DNA of 25,326 nt from Candidatus Multivoradales bacterium (lineage in GTDB: Bacteria; Acidobacteriota; Thermoanaerobaculia; Multivoradales; JAHEKO01), in NCBI GenBank assembly GCA_965223155.1, contig CBDCVR010000007.1:1-25326 (forward strand), written 5' to 3'. Shown one piece after another: positions 16,805 through 25,326 of this stretch. The position numbers and the translations under genes are program-made. Numbering within the stretch: position 1 is the first letter of the stretch; each line of letters begins with the position of its first letter. Under the pieces are notes generated by a model. The model did not search any database. It was not told the DNA's origin and saw only the letters and a program-made list of their open reading frames with translations.

Positions 16805-17499
16805 GCGAAAGTGTGCCGGTGTGAACGCCAGAAACGCTCGACGCAGTGAAACTGGGCGATCGGGTCCGGCTGTTCGACGACGTTCTCAGCCGGCTGAATC
16901 ACGATTCTCGCCCGTTCTTGCCAGACCGCAAGCAGACCGATTCCATAAGCGTTGAACGGCGCCCGCCTATCAGAGCGCGCAACTCTGAAGGCGAGGCAAG
17001 CGGGTAGCGCGACGTAGACCTCGCTGGCGAATCTTCGATGGGCGTGGGCCTGCGCAAGAGCTTCCTGGACCCGGCTGAGCTTCATTTCTACAGCGATTAT
17101 CTTGCGCTGGAGGGGTGCCCAACCGTTCAACCTCTGCACTCCGCCGCGCGCGGTCCGTTGTACAAAGCGATGCTTCTCAAGCCAGTCTAGTTCTGCTCGC
17201 AGTTGAGGCGCCGGCAATGAGTCCTCAGAACGCCGGGCCAGGCTCCCGAAAGAAGCAGCCTTCCCAGTCTCGACTTCAGGGATCTGATGCAGTAAGCGCA
17301 CTCTCCACGCTGGACCAAGCGCCGCTCTCTGCCCCATCGCGATGCGTTGCCGTGCTCGTCTCCGATCGACAGACACACCAACGAAATCACAAATCCCCCA
17401 CGGCAGAGAGAATTCTGCCTTGACAGCGTCGCTCCGCGCCCCCAGCCAAGAGGCGACAGGCGGCGCCATTTCGTGCTCCTTGGCGAACGAGTCCCTCAT
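16801..17499 (-). CDS. PD-(D/E)XK nuclease-fold protein (MmcB/sce7726-like) with central HTH-like insert
   Basis: E.EM..PV..WL, EFSLPWGICDFVGV, IIAVEMKL, ALAQA....FASEVYVALP and GIGLLAV. Confidence 0.72.
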   Translation of the reverse strand: MRDSFAKEHEMAPPVASWLGARSDAVKAEFSLPWGICDFVGVSVDRRRARQRIAMGQRAALGPAWRVRLLHQIPEVETGKAASFGSLARRSEDSLPAPQLRAELDWLEKHRFVQRTARGGVQRLNGWAPLQRKIIAVEMKLSRVQEALAQAHAHRRFASEVYVALPACLAFRVARSDRRAPFNAYGIGLLAVWQERARIVIQPAENVVEQPDPIAQFHCVERFWRSHRHTFA

Positions 17500-17697
17500 C
17501 CCTCGGGCTCAGTCTAGCTCACCTGGTGGCCGTCTGCCAGTTGACAGAGTCTGTTGCGGAGTAGGTCCTTATCTCAGAGTTGGTCATCGCTCGCCATGAC
17601 GTTCGGCGCTCGCCCGAAGCCGGGCGGTGAGCAACAGAGATTAAGACGCTTTCTGAGAGAATGGGAACATAGAACGCACCTTCCAAAAAAAGAGCCA

Positions 17698-20600
17698 ATG
17701 ACGATCGAATTCAAAGACGACTACGACAGAACCTTCTTTGGTAATGACGCTGACGTTGCTTTTGAGCGCTTCATCGAAGAGATCCTCTCGTCTGTCTATT
17801 CCGATCTCCAACGGGTATCTACCGGCGGACGTGACGGCGGCATTGATCTAATCGCCGAGGAGGATCATGGACGCACGGTTGTGGAGTGCAAGCTCCTCAG
17901 CGTCGATGGTTTCCTTGCAGCCAAGAGGAGCTTCGATGCTGTTGCGCAACGCCTGCAGCGGCACCTCGCCAGCTCGACACCGGGTCAGTCCCAATACCAG
18001 CCTTGGTTCGAGCGCGAGCGTCCAGTCGTCCGATACGTGTTCGCGATCAGCTCTAAACTTGAGAACCTCGCGAGGGTCGACGCCCTAGCCAAGCACATCA
18101 AGTCAGTCTTCGACGCGCTGGCTCACTCTCAGCACCTTCGTCATCTTAAGGGCCTGGACGTAGCGATAGTTCACCGTGCCGCATGGCTCACGCGGCTCCG
18201 AGAGAGGCCCAGGCTCGAGTTTCGTTGGTTCCCGCGACTCAGGCCTACAGGCTTGGCGCCACTATTGACCAGGGCTTCCGGCACCTATCGATCCTATCTG
18301 CACAGGTCCGTCCTCCCTTACTACAGTCTAAGGGCGCACAAGAGTATCGCACCTCCGCCGATTGACACCGAGATCATCGACGAATTCAGGATACTCGAAA
18401 ACCTCTCAGAAAGCGCAGACGTTGGAACGCTCATCACTGGAGGCGGGGGCTTTGGAAAGACCAGGCTGACACTAGAAATCGGCCATCTGGCGGAAGCTCA
18501 CGGGTGGCAGGTCACTCGCGTCACCCATCGACTAGAAAGCAAAGGACTCGAGGACTTCGCAAGGCGCCTAAATGATCGTCAGCGAGTGTTGCTGCTGTTC
18601 GACTACGTTGAGACAAGCCCAAATCACGCCGAGGTCGTTGCAGCGATACAAGATCTCGTCGCGGAGTACAGTCTTCATCTCCGCTATCTTGCCAATTGCC
18701 GAACGAGCTTTTATCCCCACATCGCGGGCGTGCTTCCGCACGCGCATGTAGACCTCAGTCCGCCAGGACCGCGAGGCGAGTGGTTCCGCGGATACCGAGT
18801 CGCGGTCGTTCGTCACATTCTGGAAAGCAGCGGTATAGAGAGCGACAAAGCGCCACTCGCGATCCAGCACAGCCCGCCGATCTTCTCTGTCTTTGTGGCG
18901 CATCTGCAGCGCCAGGACCGCCCTGAGCCAAGCTCCTTCTCTGGCGCGACAGGCTTTTCAAGCTGGCTGCACAAGCGAGTGTCAATGTCTTTTGGTCGAG
19001 AAGTGGACCGGATTACACTTGCATCGCTATTGGCTGCATTGCCACTACCCAGCGAGAGCACAAAACTGTTCAAGGCGGAGGAAAAGGAACTCTTCCGGAT
19101 CCTGGCACAAGACTACTGGGTGGAAAGAGAACTGGCCGAGGCAAGCAGCGCGCTTGAAGAGGACTCGTGGGTCGCAGCGCACGACGTGCAGGTCGATAGT
19201 CTTCTCGTTCGTTTGTTCTCGGACTTCCAAACCACTTGCAGCGATGTGCTCGATGACCTGGCCGACAGCGCGGTGCGACTCAAGAGCGTCGCATCGCTTG
19301 TCACCGCACTGGAGAGGATCATAAACGAGCCACCTCTGCGGGACTTTCCGTGGCTCGGTTGGATTAAGGGCCAGCTCGATCATCATGCCGACGCTTGGAG
19401 CGCAGTTCGCACGAGGCTGTTCTATTCGCAGCTTCTGGATGCCAGGACTGCCCTCGAGCTGCTCCGCCAGTATCCAAGCATGTGGGACGGAGCGCTCGCG
19501 GAGTGGAGATTCCGATTCGGCCTCGTGAGGGTAGTGCGGTCCGCACGAGAATCGATCGATCCCGAGGACCCCCTGCGCGGGGTCGCCGTCGACTGGATCA
19601 CACGAGCGGCTGCAAGCGAGCACGCCACGAAGTCGGTCGTCGCGGAGGCGCTTGCCATAGCACCGAAGAAGATGAAGAACCATGCGCTGCATATTCTGGA
19701 GTCGAGCGACGCATGGCGTACGCGGGAGTACTTTGCCTCGTTCCTAGCGGCAGGAGTGCCCAAAGAGATCTTCTCGGACGCGATTGGCGAGCTGTCCGAC
19801 AAGCTAGCCACCGAGTTCCCATACTGTTTCCTTGCGCGGGACTGGCTCTCCGCGGATGGGCCGCTGGAAGTAATCGCTAGCGGAATACGTCGATGGTTTG
19901 ACGAATTCGCGACGGCACGAGACGCGAGCTTTCTGTTCCGAAGTTTCCTAGATGCGGGGGGTGATCCTCAGGAGATCGAGGGTCCCTTGGCTAAGTGGTT
20001 GACCAAGCATGCTGGCAAAGACTACTCGGACTTCATTCTAACGGCTTGGTTGGACGCGGGCGGCTCGCACAAGCTCGTGCGCGAGCCCGTGCTGAGGTTT
20101 CTGCAGAAGCGCGCGGAAGAGAAAGAGGCGGACTTCTTGTTCCGGAAATGGATGCAGTCCGGCGAGCCCTTGGAGGAAATAGCCGGGGAGCTGAAGCGAT
20201 GGCTGGCTATCCATGGACAGCGACCGCGGGCAACGTACTTGTACAGCACCTGGCTCCACATGGGCGGCGACCCAAAGGAGATCGAGAGTGAATTGACTCA
20301 ATGGCTGGAGAGTCACTCCCTTGACCTGCACACATGCTTCATCTATTCGGCTTGGGCGGAGCAGCGTCTGAGTCCAGAGGCGTTGGCGAAGCCGGCAAAA
20401 GAATGGCTCAAGAAGTGGAAGAATCATGAATGGTCGGGTTTTGTTTGTGGCCTAGTCGGGCAGAGCCAAACGATCGACGAAGAAGTTCTTCGAGGAGCAC
20501 TGGAGACCTCGCGAACTTCGAATAGAGGCATCATGATGCTCGCCGACTTGAGCGACCACTTCGTCCGATCAGAGCTCTCTAAGTCCTTCTTCGAGGAGGT

Positions 20601-21036
20601 TTCGAATTCGATTGAGAAGCTACTGAGACAGACGAAGATTTCTGAAGGCAGGGCAGCGGCCATACAAAGGCTATGCGCGGTACTCTGCCGAGAGAATGTG
20701 CGCATAGGGGGGCCCGCACGAGACCACATCCTGGTATCAGCGGTCCGGCACAGCTCCGTTTTCAGCAGAAAGTCGGTTGAAGGCGAGGTCCAGTTTCCCC
20801 TGCTGTTTCTTAGAGTGTGGGGCCTCGTTGCTAGTGGAGCACTATCGTTCGATGACGACCGGCGTGCGTTGGATAGGTTTGTTCAATGGGCGAATGGCTG
20901 GCATCCCAATGCAAAAATAGGGCTTGCCCCGGTTGTGGAACGACTCAGGCAACGCTATCCAGACGAGGCTTTCTGGAAGCGCTTTCGGTTCGAAGGGATT
21001 CGTCTACGCCGTGCCACGCACCCGGTCGCCACTTGA
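17698..21036 (+). CDS. Restriction-endonuclease-fold + STAND-like NTPase + helical-repeat protein (NLR/Avs-like)
   Basis: N-terminal FERF...GGRDGGIDL...VVECK, Walker A GGGGFGKT (18439-18462), Walker B LLLFDYVE, and seven 34-aa repeats at 19726-20439. ATG 17698 is the likely start. Confidence 0.8.
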   Translation: MTIEFKDDYDRTFFGNDADVAFERFIEEILSSVYSDLQRVSTGGRDGGIDLIAEEDHGRTVVECKLLSVDGFLAAKRSFDAVAQRLQRHLASSTPGQSQYQPWFERERPVVRYVFAISSKLENLARVDALAKHIKSVFDALAHSQHLRHLKGLDVAIVHRAAWLTRLRERPRLEFRWFPRLRPTGLAPLLTRASGTYRSYLHRSVLPYYSLRAHKSIAPPPIDTEIIDEFRILENLSESADVGTLITGGGGFGKTRLTLEIGHLAEAHGWQVTRVTHRLESKGLEDFARRLNDRQRVLLLFDYVETSPNHAEVVAAIQDLVAEYSLHLRYLANCRTSFYPHIAGVLPHAHVDLSPPGPRGEWFRGYRVAVVRHILESSGIESDKAPLAIQHSPPIFSVFVAHLQRQDRPEPSSFSGATGFSSWLHKRVSMSFGREVDRITLASLLAALPLPSESTKLFKAEEKELFRILAQDYWVERELAEASSALEEDSWVAAHDVQVDSLLVRLFSDFQTTCSDVLDDLADSAVRLKSVASLVTALERIINEPPLRDFPWLGWIKGQLDHHADAWSAVRTRLFYSQLLDARTALELLRQYPSMWDGALAEWRFRFGLVRVVRSARESIDPEDPLRGVAVDWITRAAASEHATKSVVAEALAIAPKKMKNHALHILESSDAWRTREYFASFLAAGVPKEIFSDAIGELSDKLATEFPYCFLARDWLSADGPLEVIASGIRRWFDEFATARDASFLFRSFLDAGGDPQEIEGPLAKWLTKHAGKDYSDFILTAWLDAGGSHKLVREPVLRFLQKRAEEKEADFLFRKWMQSGEPLEEIAGELKRWLAIHGQRPRATYLYSTWLHMGGDPKEIESELTQWLESHSLDLHTCFIYSAWAEQRLSPEALAKPAKEWLKKWKNHEWSGFVCGLVGQSQTIDEEVLRGALETSRTSNRGIMMLADLSDHFVRSELSKSFFEEVSNSIEKLLRQTKISEGRAAAIQRLCAVLCRENVRIGGPARDHILVSAVRHSSVFSRKSVEGEVQFPLLFLRVWGLVASGALSFDDDRRALDRFVQWANGWHPNAKIGLAPVVERLRQRYPDEAFWKRFRFEGIRLRRATHPVAT

Positions 21037-21522
21037 CCTCGCTATCTGCGAGTACGAACGCCGGGGACAGCTCTTGATAGAACTAGATCCTCTTGTGCGC
21101 GCTCAATTATGGTCCTGCCTATCTCCCCCGCCTACTGCCCCTAAAGCTCAAGCCAGGCTGCTGTTTCATTCTCGATCTGGTGGAGGCGTGTTGAAGAAGT
21201 CTCTAGGAAGTTCACTGCAGCTTTGCGGAAGAATCGTGCGAATAGTCAACCGGACCGGCTCTATCAAGGCAGCGAGCAATGGGATGTATATACGTGCTGG
21301 CGCCCGTACCCCATCCCTTCAACGGCGCAGCGAGCAATGCGTTGTGGCCACACGGCGTTGCCGTGTGTCTCAACGCAGCTCGCCCTCTCCGCGCTTCCCA
21401 CCCCCACCTTTCGCGACCCTGGCGGGCGCTCAAGAGATCGAAAGCAAGGAGCCTGCCGAACACGGTCTACTGCCCGGGGCCTCTATCGAAAGGGGTGGGC
21501 CTGTTTGTGGGGGACGCCCCTA

Positions 21523-22689
21523 CTATCGATTGCCTTTGGCCCGATTGTGGGTAGTGCAGAGCATTTGGCAGTTCTTGGCTGAGGAGTCGCCGCCTTTGCT
21601 CCAAGCCGTCACGTGGTCGGCGTCCATTTCCTTCAGTTCGTACACTTTCGTCTTGCTTGCCTCGGGGCCCTGAGCGCAGAGCGGACAGTTGGATATGCCC
21701 TTTGATTTGGCATCGCTTGTTTGCTTGTCGTAGACCGACCTCTTCGTGGCATCGTCGAACACCCGCACGTCCAGGAGCTTTCTGTTCGTTTGGCCGCTGA
21801 GAATGTACTCGAAAACGCCGCGACGCCTCCTGACATACGGATCGCCAAACAGCCGCTTGACCTCCGCAGAGACCTTGGCCAGATCATATGAGTTGGAATG
21901 ATATTCCTCATAAAGCCGTCCCCACTCCAATCCCCGCATCTCCTTCTCAACGTCCCTGAACACGCTCGACACCCAATCGATTACGCTGTTGAAGTAGGTC
22001 TTCAGCTCATTGATGTTGCCGTCGTTGCGATGCTGGCTCATGTAGCCGCCGATATCGCCTTTGCTGACCCAGTCCAGCGCCCGCTCTAGGAAATCTTGCC
22101 GGTTTGCGCTGCCCTTGATGTATGCGCTCCATTTCTGGATGTTCGCGTTCTGGCTGTTGCTGAACTCGGCCTTCGCAAGCGTCACGAACGGCCCGGAGTA
22201 GATGGCGTTCAGCAACTCCTGGTCGTTGAGTGGCACGCCTGCGATATTGATCGTCTCAAACCACTGCTTGATTTCGGTCTCCTTCCCCTCGCACTCGTAA
22301 ATCAGCAATCCCGAGTCCCGAATCTTGGCTTTTTGGTCGGCGGGTAGGCTGTCGAAGTTCTTCGGATTGCCGTTATCCATGATCGCGAACTTATTCGTGA
22401 TGAACCGTCCGATGCTGGTGATCCGCTGCTGTCCGTCCAGTACTTCGAACTTGTCCTTCGCGACTTTGTTGAAGTAGATCAGCCCGAGCGGATACCCCTT
22501 AAGAAGCGAGTGGATGACCGCCTGCTCTTTGCTGCCACCCTTATCCGCATAGATGTAGTTGCGCTGGTACTCGGGCTGAATGGTGAGCTTGCCGCCCAGC
22601 CCGAACAACCCTTTACCCTCCAGTTGGTTGTAGACGAACCCTTCACATATGTGAGCGACCGTAATATCGGTTTTGAGGATGGTTTTCAT
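21523..22689 (-). CDS. DUF262 (ParB/GmrS-like) + HNH endonuclease
   Basis: [20 protein letters not shown] and C-terminal CPLC...[12 protein letters not shown]....NCQMLC..HN..K. Confidence 0.9.
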   Translation of the reverse strand: MKTILKTDITVAHICEGFVYNQLEGKGLFGLGGKLTIQPEYQRNYIYADKGGSKEQAVIHSLLKGYPLGLIYFNKVAKDKFEVLDGQQRITSIGRFITNKFAIMDNGNPKNFDSLPADQKAKIRDSGLLIYECEGKETEIKQWFETINIAGVPLNDQELLNAIYSGPFVTLAKAEFSNSQNANIQKWSAYIKGSANRQDFLERALDWVSKGDIGGYMSQHRNDGNINELKTYFNSVIDWVSSVFRDVEKEMRGLEWGRLYEEYHSNSYDLAKVSAEVKRLFGDPYVRRRRGVFEYILSGQTNRKLLDVRVFDDATKRSVYDKQTSDAKSKGISNCPLCAQGPEASKTKVYELKEMDADHVTAWSKGGDSSAKNCQMLCTTHNRAKGNR

Positions 22690-23837
22690 TACGCCCTTGC
22701 TCTATGTCTAATGAAAATTCTGTCGTACTTCCTTCTTCCACTCAGAATCGCGCAGCCGCCTCGATCATCAGGATGAGGTGAATACCCCATCCGCTCTAAG
22801 ACATCCGCTGGGGTGGACGCCCGAGTATTGCCGCTGGCTTGCCAGATGATCTCGAACTGTTCCGGCGAGTACTTGTCGAGAAAGCTAATCGGCACACCCA
22901 TGATGCCGTCGTAGTCACTGGGGATGGCGTCGGTAAACGGCACTTCGATAGCGGCGTAGTTATCGAAGCGCTCATAAGCCGGCTTCTTCTTGAGCTTCTT
23001 GTTGAACCTCAGATTATCTGCCATGGACATGAGGCTCAAGGGCTGATGGCGACGGCCATGGTCCAAGTTTGTAAACCACCTGACGCCCTTGACCCTTATG
23101 AACTTGGTCCCGTCCTCATCCACTCGCCATCCTGCGGCCTTAAGCGGGTAGCTGTCAGGCACCTGGAATTCGCGATCGCCACCGGTAATGCTCGGACCAA
23201 GCCACAGTCCGTTGCCCTGAAAGTGCGGAAAGACCGCCTTGTATTTGATCGCGTTCAGGTTGCCGATGATGAGCAACTTCTTCTTGTGCCCCATCAGTTG
23301 GGCGATGTACTCACGGAAGAGGGAGAACGGCGGATTGGTGACGACGATGTCGGCTTCATTCAGGAACGCGATGCACTGGGGGCTGCGAAAATCCCCCCCA
23401 GAGTACGTTCTGTGGGCTTTCAAGGCGTTCCGGGCGGCCTTGTTCCGCTTGAGGAAAAGCTCGACGTCCGTCACGTCCGCAGCGCCGTCTCCGTCCTCGT
23501 CAGTCACACGGTCTACGATGACGGCGAGCGCCTTGGGCTTCTGGCGTTCGCCATTCCCCTCGTCGTATTCCGGGAACAACGTACCCTGGCCGGCGATTGG
23601 GGAGCCGTCGTAGCTGGTGGTGATGAGCTTCTTCAGGCCGAGCTTGTTGAAGTTAGCGGCGAAGTACTTGAAGAAGTTGCTCTCGAATGGGTCATCACAG
23701 TTGCAGTAGACGACCTTGCCGCGGAAGGTATCCGGGTCGAACTCCAGGTAAGCCTCGACCTCTTTCTGGATATCGACATACTGAGTGTAGAACTCATCCT
23801 TCTTGGCCGCCTTCGCCGCGGCCAGGTCTCTATTCAT
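22689..23837 (-). CDS. EcoRI-family adenine-specific DNA methyltransferase
   Basis: [43 protein letters not shown] and [11 protein letters not shown]. Its stop overlaps the nuclease start (TAATG). Confidence 0.92.
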   Translation of the reverse strand: MNRDLAAAKAAKKDEFYTQYVDIQKEVEAYLEFDPDTFRGKVVYCNCDDPFESNFFKYFAANFNKLGLKKLITTSYDGSPIAGQGTLFPEYDEGNGERQKPKALAVIVDRVTDEDGDGAADVTDVELFLKRNKAARNALKAHRTYSGGDFRSPQCIAFLNEADIVVTNPPFSLFREYIAQLMGHKKKLLIIGNLNAIKYKAVFPHFQGNGLWLGPSITGGDREFQVPDSYPLKAAGWRVDEDGTKFIRVKGVRWFTNLDHGRRHQPLSLMSMADNLRFNKKLKKKPAYERFDNYAAIEVPFTDAIPSDYDGIMGVPISFLDKYSPEQFEIIWQASGNTRASTPADVLERMGYSPHPDDRGGCAILSGRRKYDRIFIRHRARA

Positions 23838-24135
23838 CGGCTCGCTTTCCCTTTCGACGGCGCAGCCGCCAAACGGCTTGACCGTCCGCTCCTTTTGCGT
23901 GTTTCTGCCCACGATATCTTCTTCGCCATGGGGCCTTAGCCTACTCCATCAGGGTTCGCCTAACTACTTACTAGTCGCCACTCCAAACCCACCAAAGCGT
24001 GCGGGCAGTCCTCAGCAAAGCGGGACTGATGCCGTATCCTCGGGATCCGAACCGAAGCTCTAGGAACCCCTCGGCAGATGTCCGTGACCATAGTCTGTAG
24101 AACTATCTCTTATTCTCGTAGTAGTTTTTCTCCCT

Positions 24136-24402
24136 ATGGCACCACTTGGAGCGACGCGCACGCGGATAGGGCGACCCGGGCGGACGCCTCGCGGGAGTGC
24201 ACCAGCCACAGAGGCCAAGAACCTCCGCACCGTCCCTCAGATGGTCGAGGAGTGCCCGGCCTTCTCCGAGGCGGCGCTCCGCAAGCTCATCCTGCGGGCT
24301 CCGCTCAACGGGCTCGAGCCGGCGATCGTGCGGCTCGGTCGTCGGGTGCTGATCGACTACGCGCAGTTCAATCAGTGGATCGAGGGCAACCGAGGTCGAT
24401 GA
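24136..24402 (+). CDS. Excisionase-like DNA-binding protein
   Basis: LRTVPQ....PAFSEAALRKLI....NGL..AIVRLGRRVLID...F..W. Convergent with the integrase, 2 bp apart. Confidence 0.75.
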   Translation: MAPLGATRTRIGRPGRTPRGSAPATEAKNLRTVPQMVEECPAFSEAALRKLILRAPLNGLEPAIVRLGRRVLIDYAQFNQWIEGNRGR

Positions 24403-24404
24403 GG

Positions 24405-25326
24405 TCAGCCACTCAGGAACTCCTCGACCATGCGCTCGGCGACGGACTCGGAGTGCGGCTCGGTCAGGTGCGCGTACCGCTGCACCATTGCGAGGGTGCG
24501 GTGGCCGAGGAAGGCGGCGAGCTCGGGCAGCGTGGCGCCGCTCATGGCGAGGTAGGAGGCCGCGGTATGCCGCAGATCGTGGAAGCGGAAGTTCTCGATC
24601 TTGGCCTCCTCGAGCGCCTTGCGCCACGGCTTCTCACGGAAGAGGGGTCTGCCTTCCGGGTTGGCGAAGACGTAGCCGCTGATGTGCGGCGTCTTCGACA
24701 TGCGCTTCAGGAGATCGCCAGCCGGTCCCGGGAAACTGATCGTCCGACGGTCCTTGTTCTTGGTCTTCTCGAGACGCGCTCGCATGTTGACCAGATCGAT
24801 GTCGCTCCACTTGAGGCCGAGGAGCTCTCCCTTGCGGGCACCCGTGGTGAGCGCGAAGAGAACGATCGGATAGAGCCGCGGATCGGAGCTCCCCTCGCAG
24901 GCCTCGAGGAGGCTCTTGCGCTCCTCGTCGGACAGGAAGCGCACGCGGCCGCGATGCTCAGGACGCCGGCGGATCTTCCTGACCGGGTTCTGGTCGATCC
25001 ACATCCACTCCTTCTCGGCGATCATGAGAAGAGCCGAGAGCGCCGCGAGATAGCGGTTGGAGGTCGGCCCGGAGACCTTCTTCAAGAGCTTGGCGCGCGT
25101 CTCGGTGATGATGGCCGGCGTGACCTCGGAGAGCGCCAGGTCGCCGATCCGATCGTCCCACCAGTCGAGGTAGCGCGTGCGGTTGAGCCGCTCGCGCTCG
25201 GAGAGCCCGGCGAGGTTCTCGTCCTTGTAGCGGTCAATGCACTCGCCGAGGGTGTGCTTCTCCTCCTCCACGCGGCGCAGGAACCGCGAGGAGCTGATCT
25301 GGCCTTCGATGTCTCGCGCCCACTCC
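24405..25326 (-). CDS. int: Tyrosine recombinase/integrase (N-terminus outside window)
   Basis: TGARKGEL, KTKN, FHDLRHT, LGH and RYAH give the R-K-H-R-H-Y set. NP.R and RVRFL are also present. Confidence 0.95.
   Translation of the reverse strand, partial: EWARDIEGQISSSRFLRRVEEEKHTLGECIDRYKDENLAGLSERERLNRTRYLDWWDDRIGDLALSEVTPAIITETRAKLLKKVSGPTSNRYLAALSALLMIAEKEWMWIDQNPVRKIRRRPEHRGRVRFLSDEERKSLLEACEGSSDPRLYPIVLFALTTGARKGELLGLKWSDIDLVNMRARLEKTKNKDRRTISFPGPAGDLLKRMSKTPHISGYVFANPEGRPLFREKPWRKALEEAKIENFRFHDLRHTAASYLAMSGATLPELAAFLGHRTLAMVQRYAHLTEPHSESVAERMVEEFLSG

Larger units (their letters stand above)
13429..25326. mobile_element. tRNA-Lys-integrated element / defence island (extends beyond window)
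   Basis: tRNA fragment at one end, integrase and excisionase at the other, RepA with iterons inside, and cargo visibly less GC-rich than the left part of the window. Confidence 0.85.

Noticed and set aside
21037-21522. Short ORFs between the STAND gene and the HNH gene
   Set aside because: Overlapping ORFs in several frames with no motifs or clear RBS, so none can be supported.
22839-23939. 366-aa plus-strand ORF
   Set aside because: Antisense to the well-supported methyltransferase, with no recognisable motifs.

Overview
GC-rich bacterial accessory region in three parts. (1) 1-4076: a PqqD-like gene end, an HPr-kinase-like P-loop gene, a sulfotransferase and GT8 glycosyltransferase (probably one fused gene) and a secreted hypothetical. 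Nearly all carry single-base frameshifts, suggesting long-read indels or decay. (2) 4077-13428: unrelated gene modules (M64-like metalloprotease plus lipoprotein, AAA-DUF4143 ATPase, secreted Cys-rich protein) punctuated by a ~21-bp REP-like motif next to a RAYT-like Y1 transposase remnant. Two apparently identical IS1111-type (IS110 superfamily) elements sit at the same AG within two copies of this motif, and the second is interrupted by an IS256. Their 3' non-coding region can be folded by eye into a two-loop bridge/seek RNA whose guides match the motif and the element's own end. (3) 13429 to the window end: an integrative element bounded by a tRNA-Lys 3' fragment. It encodes RepA with iterons, an excisionase, a tyrosine integrase and a defence-like cargo: FRG + uncharacterised protein + PD-(D/E)XK nuclease, a nuclease-STAND NTPase with 34-aa repeats, and an EcoRI-family methyltransferase with a DUF262-HNH nuclease. 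All family calls are by motif recognition; no searches were run.
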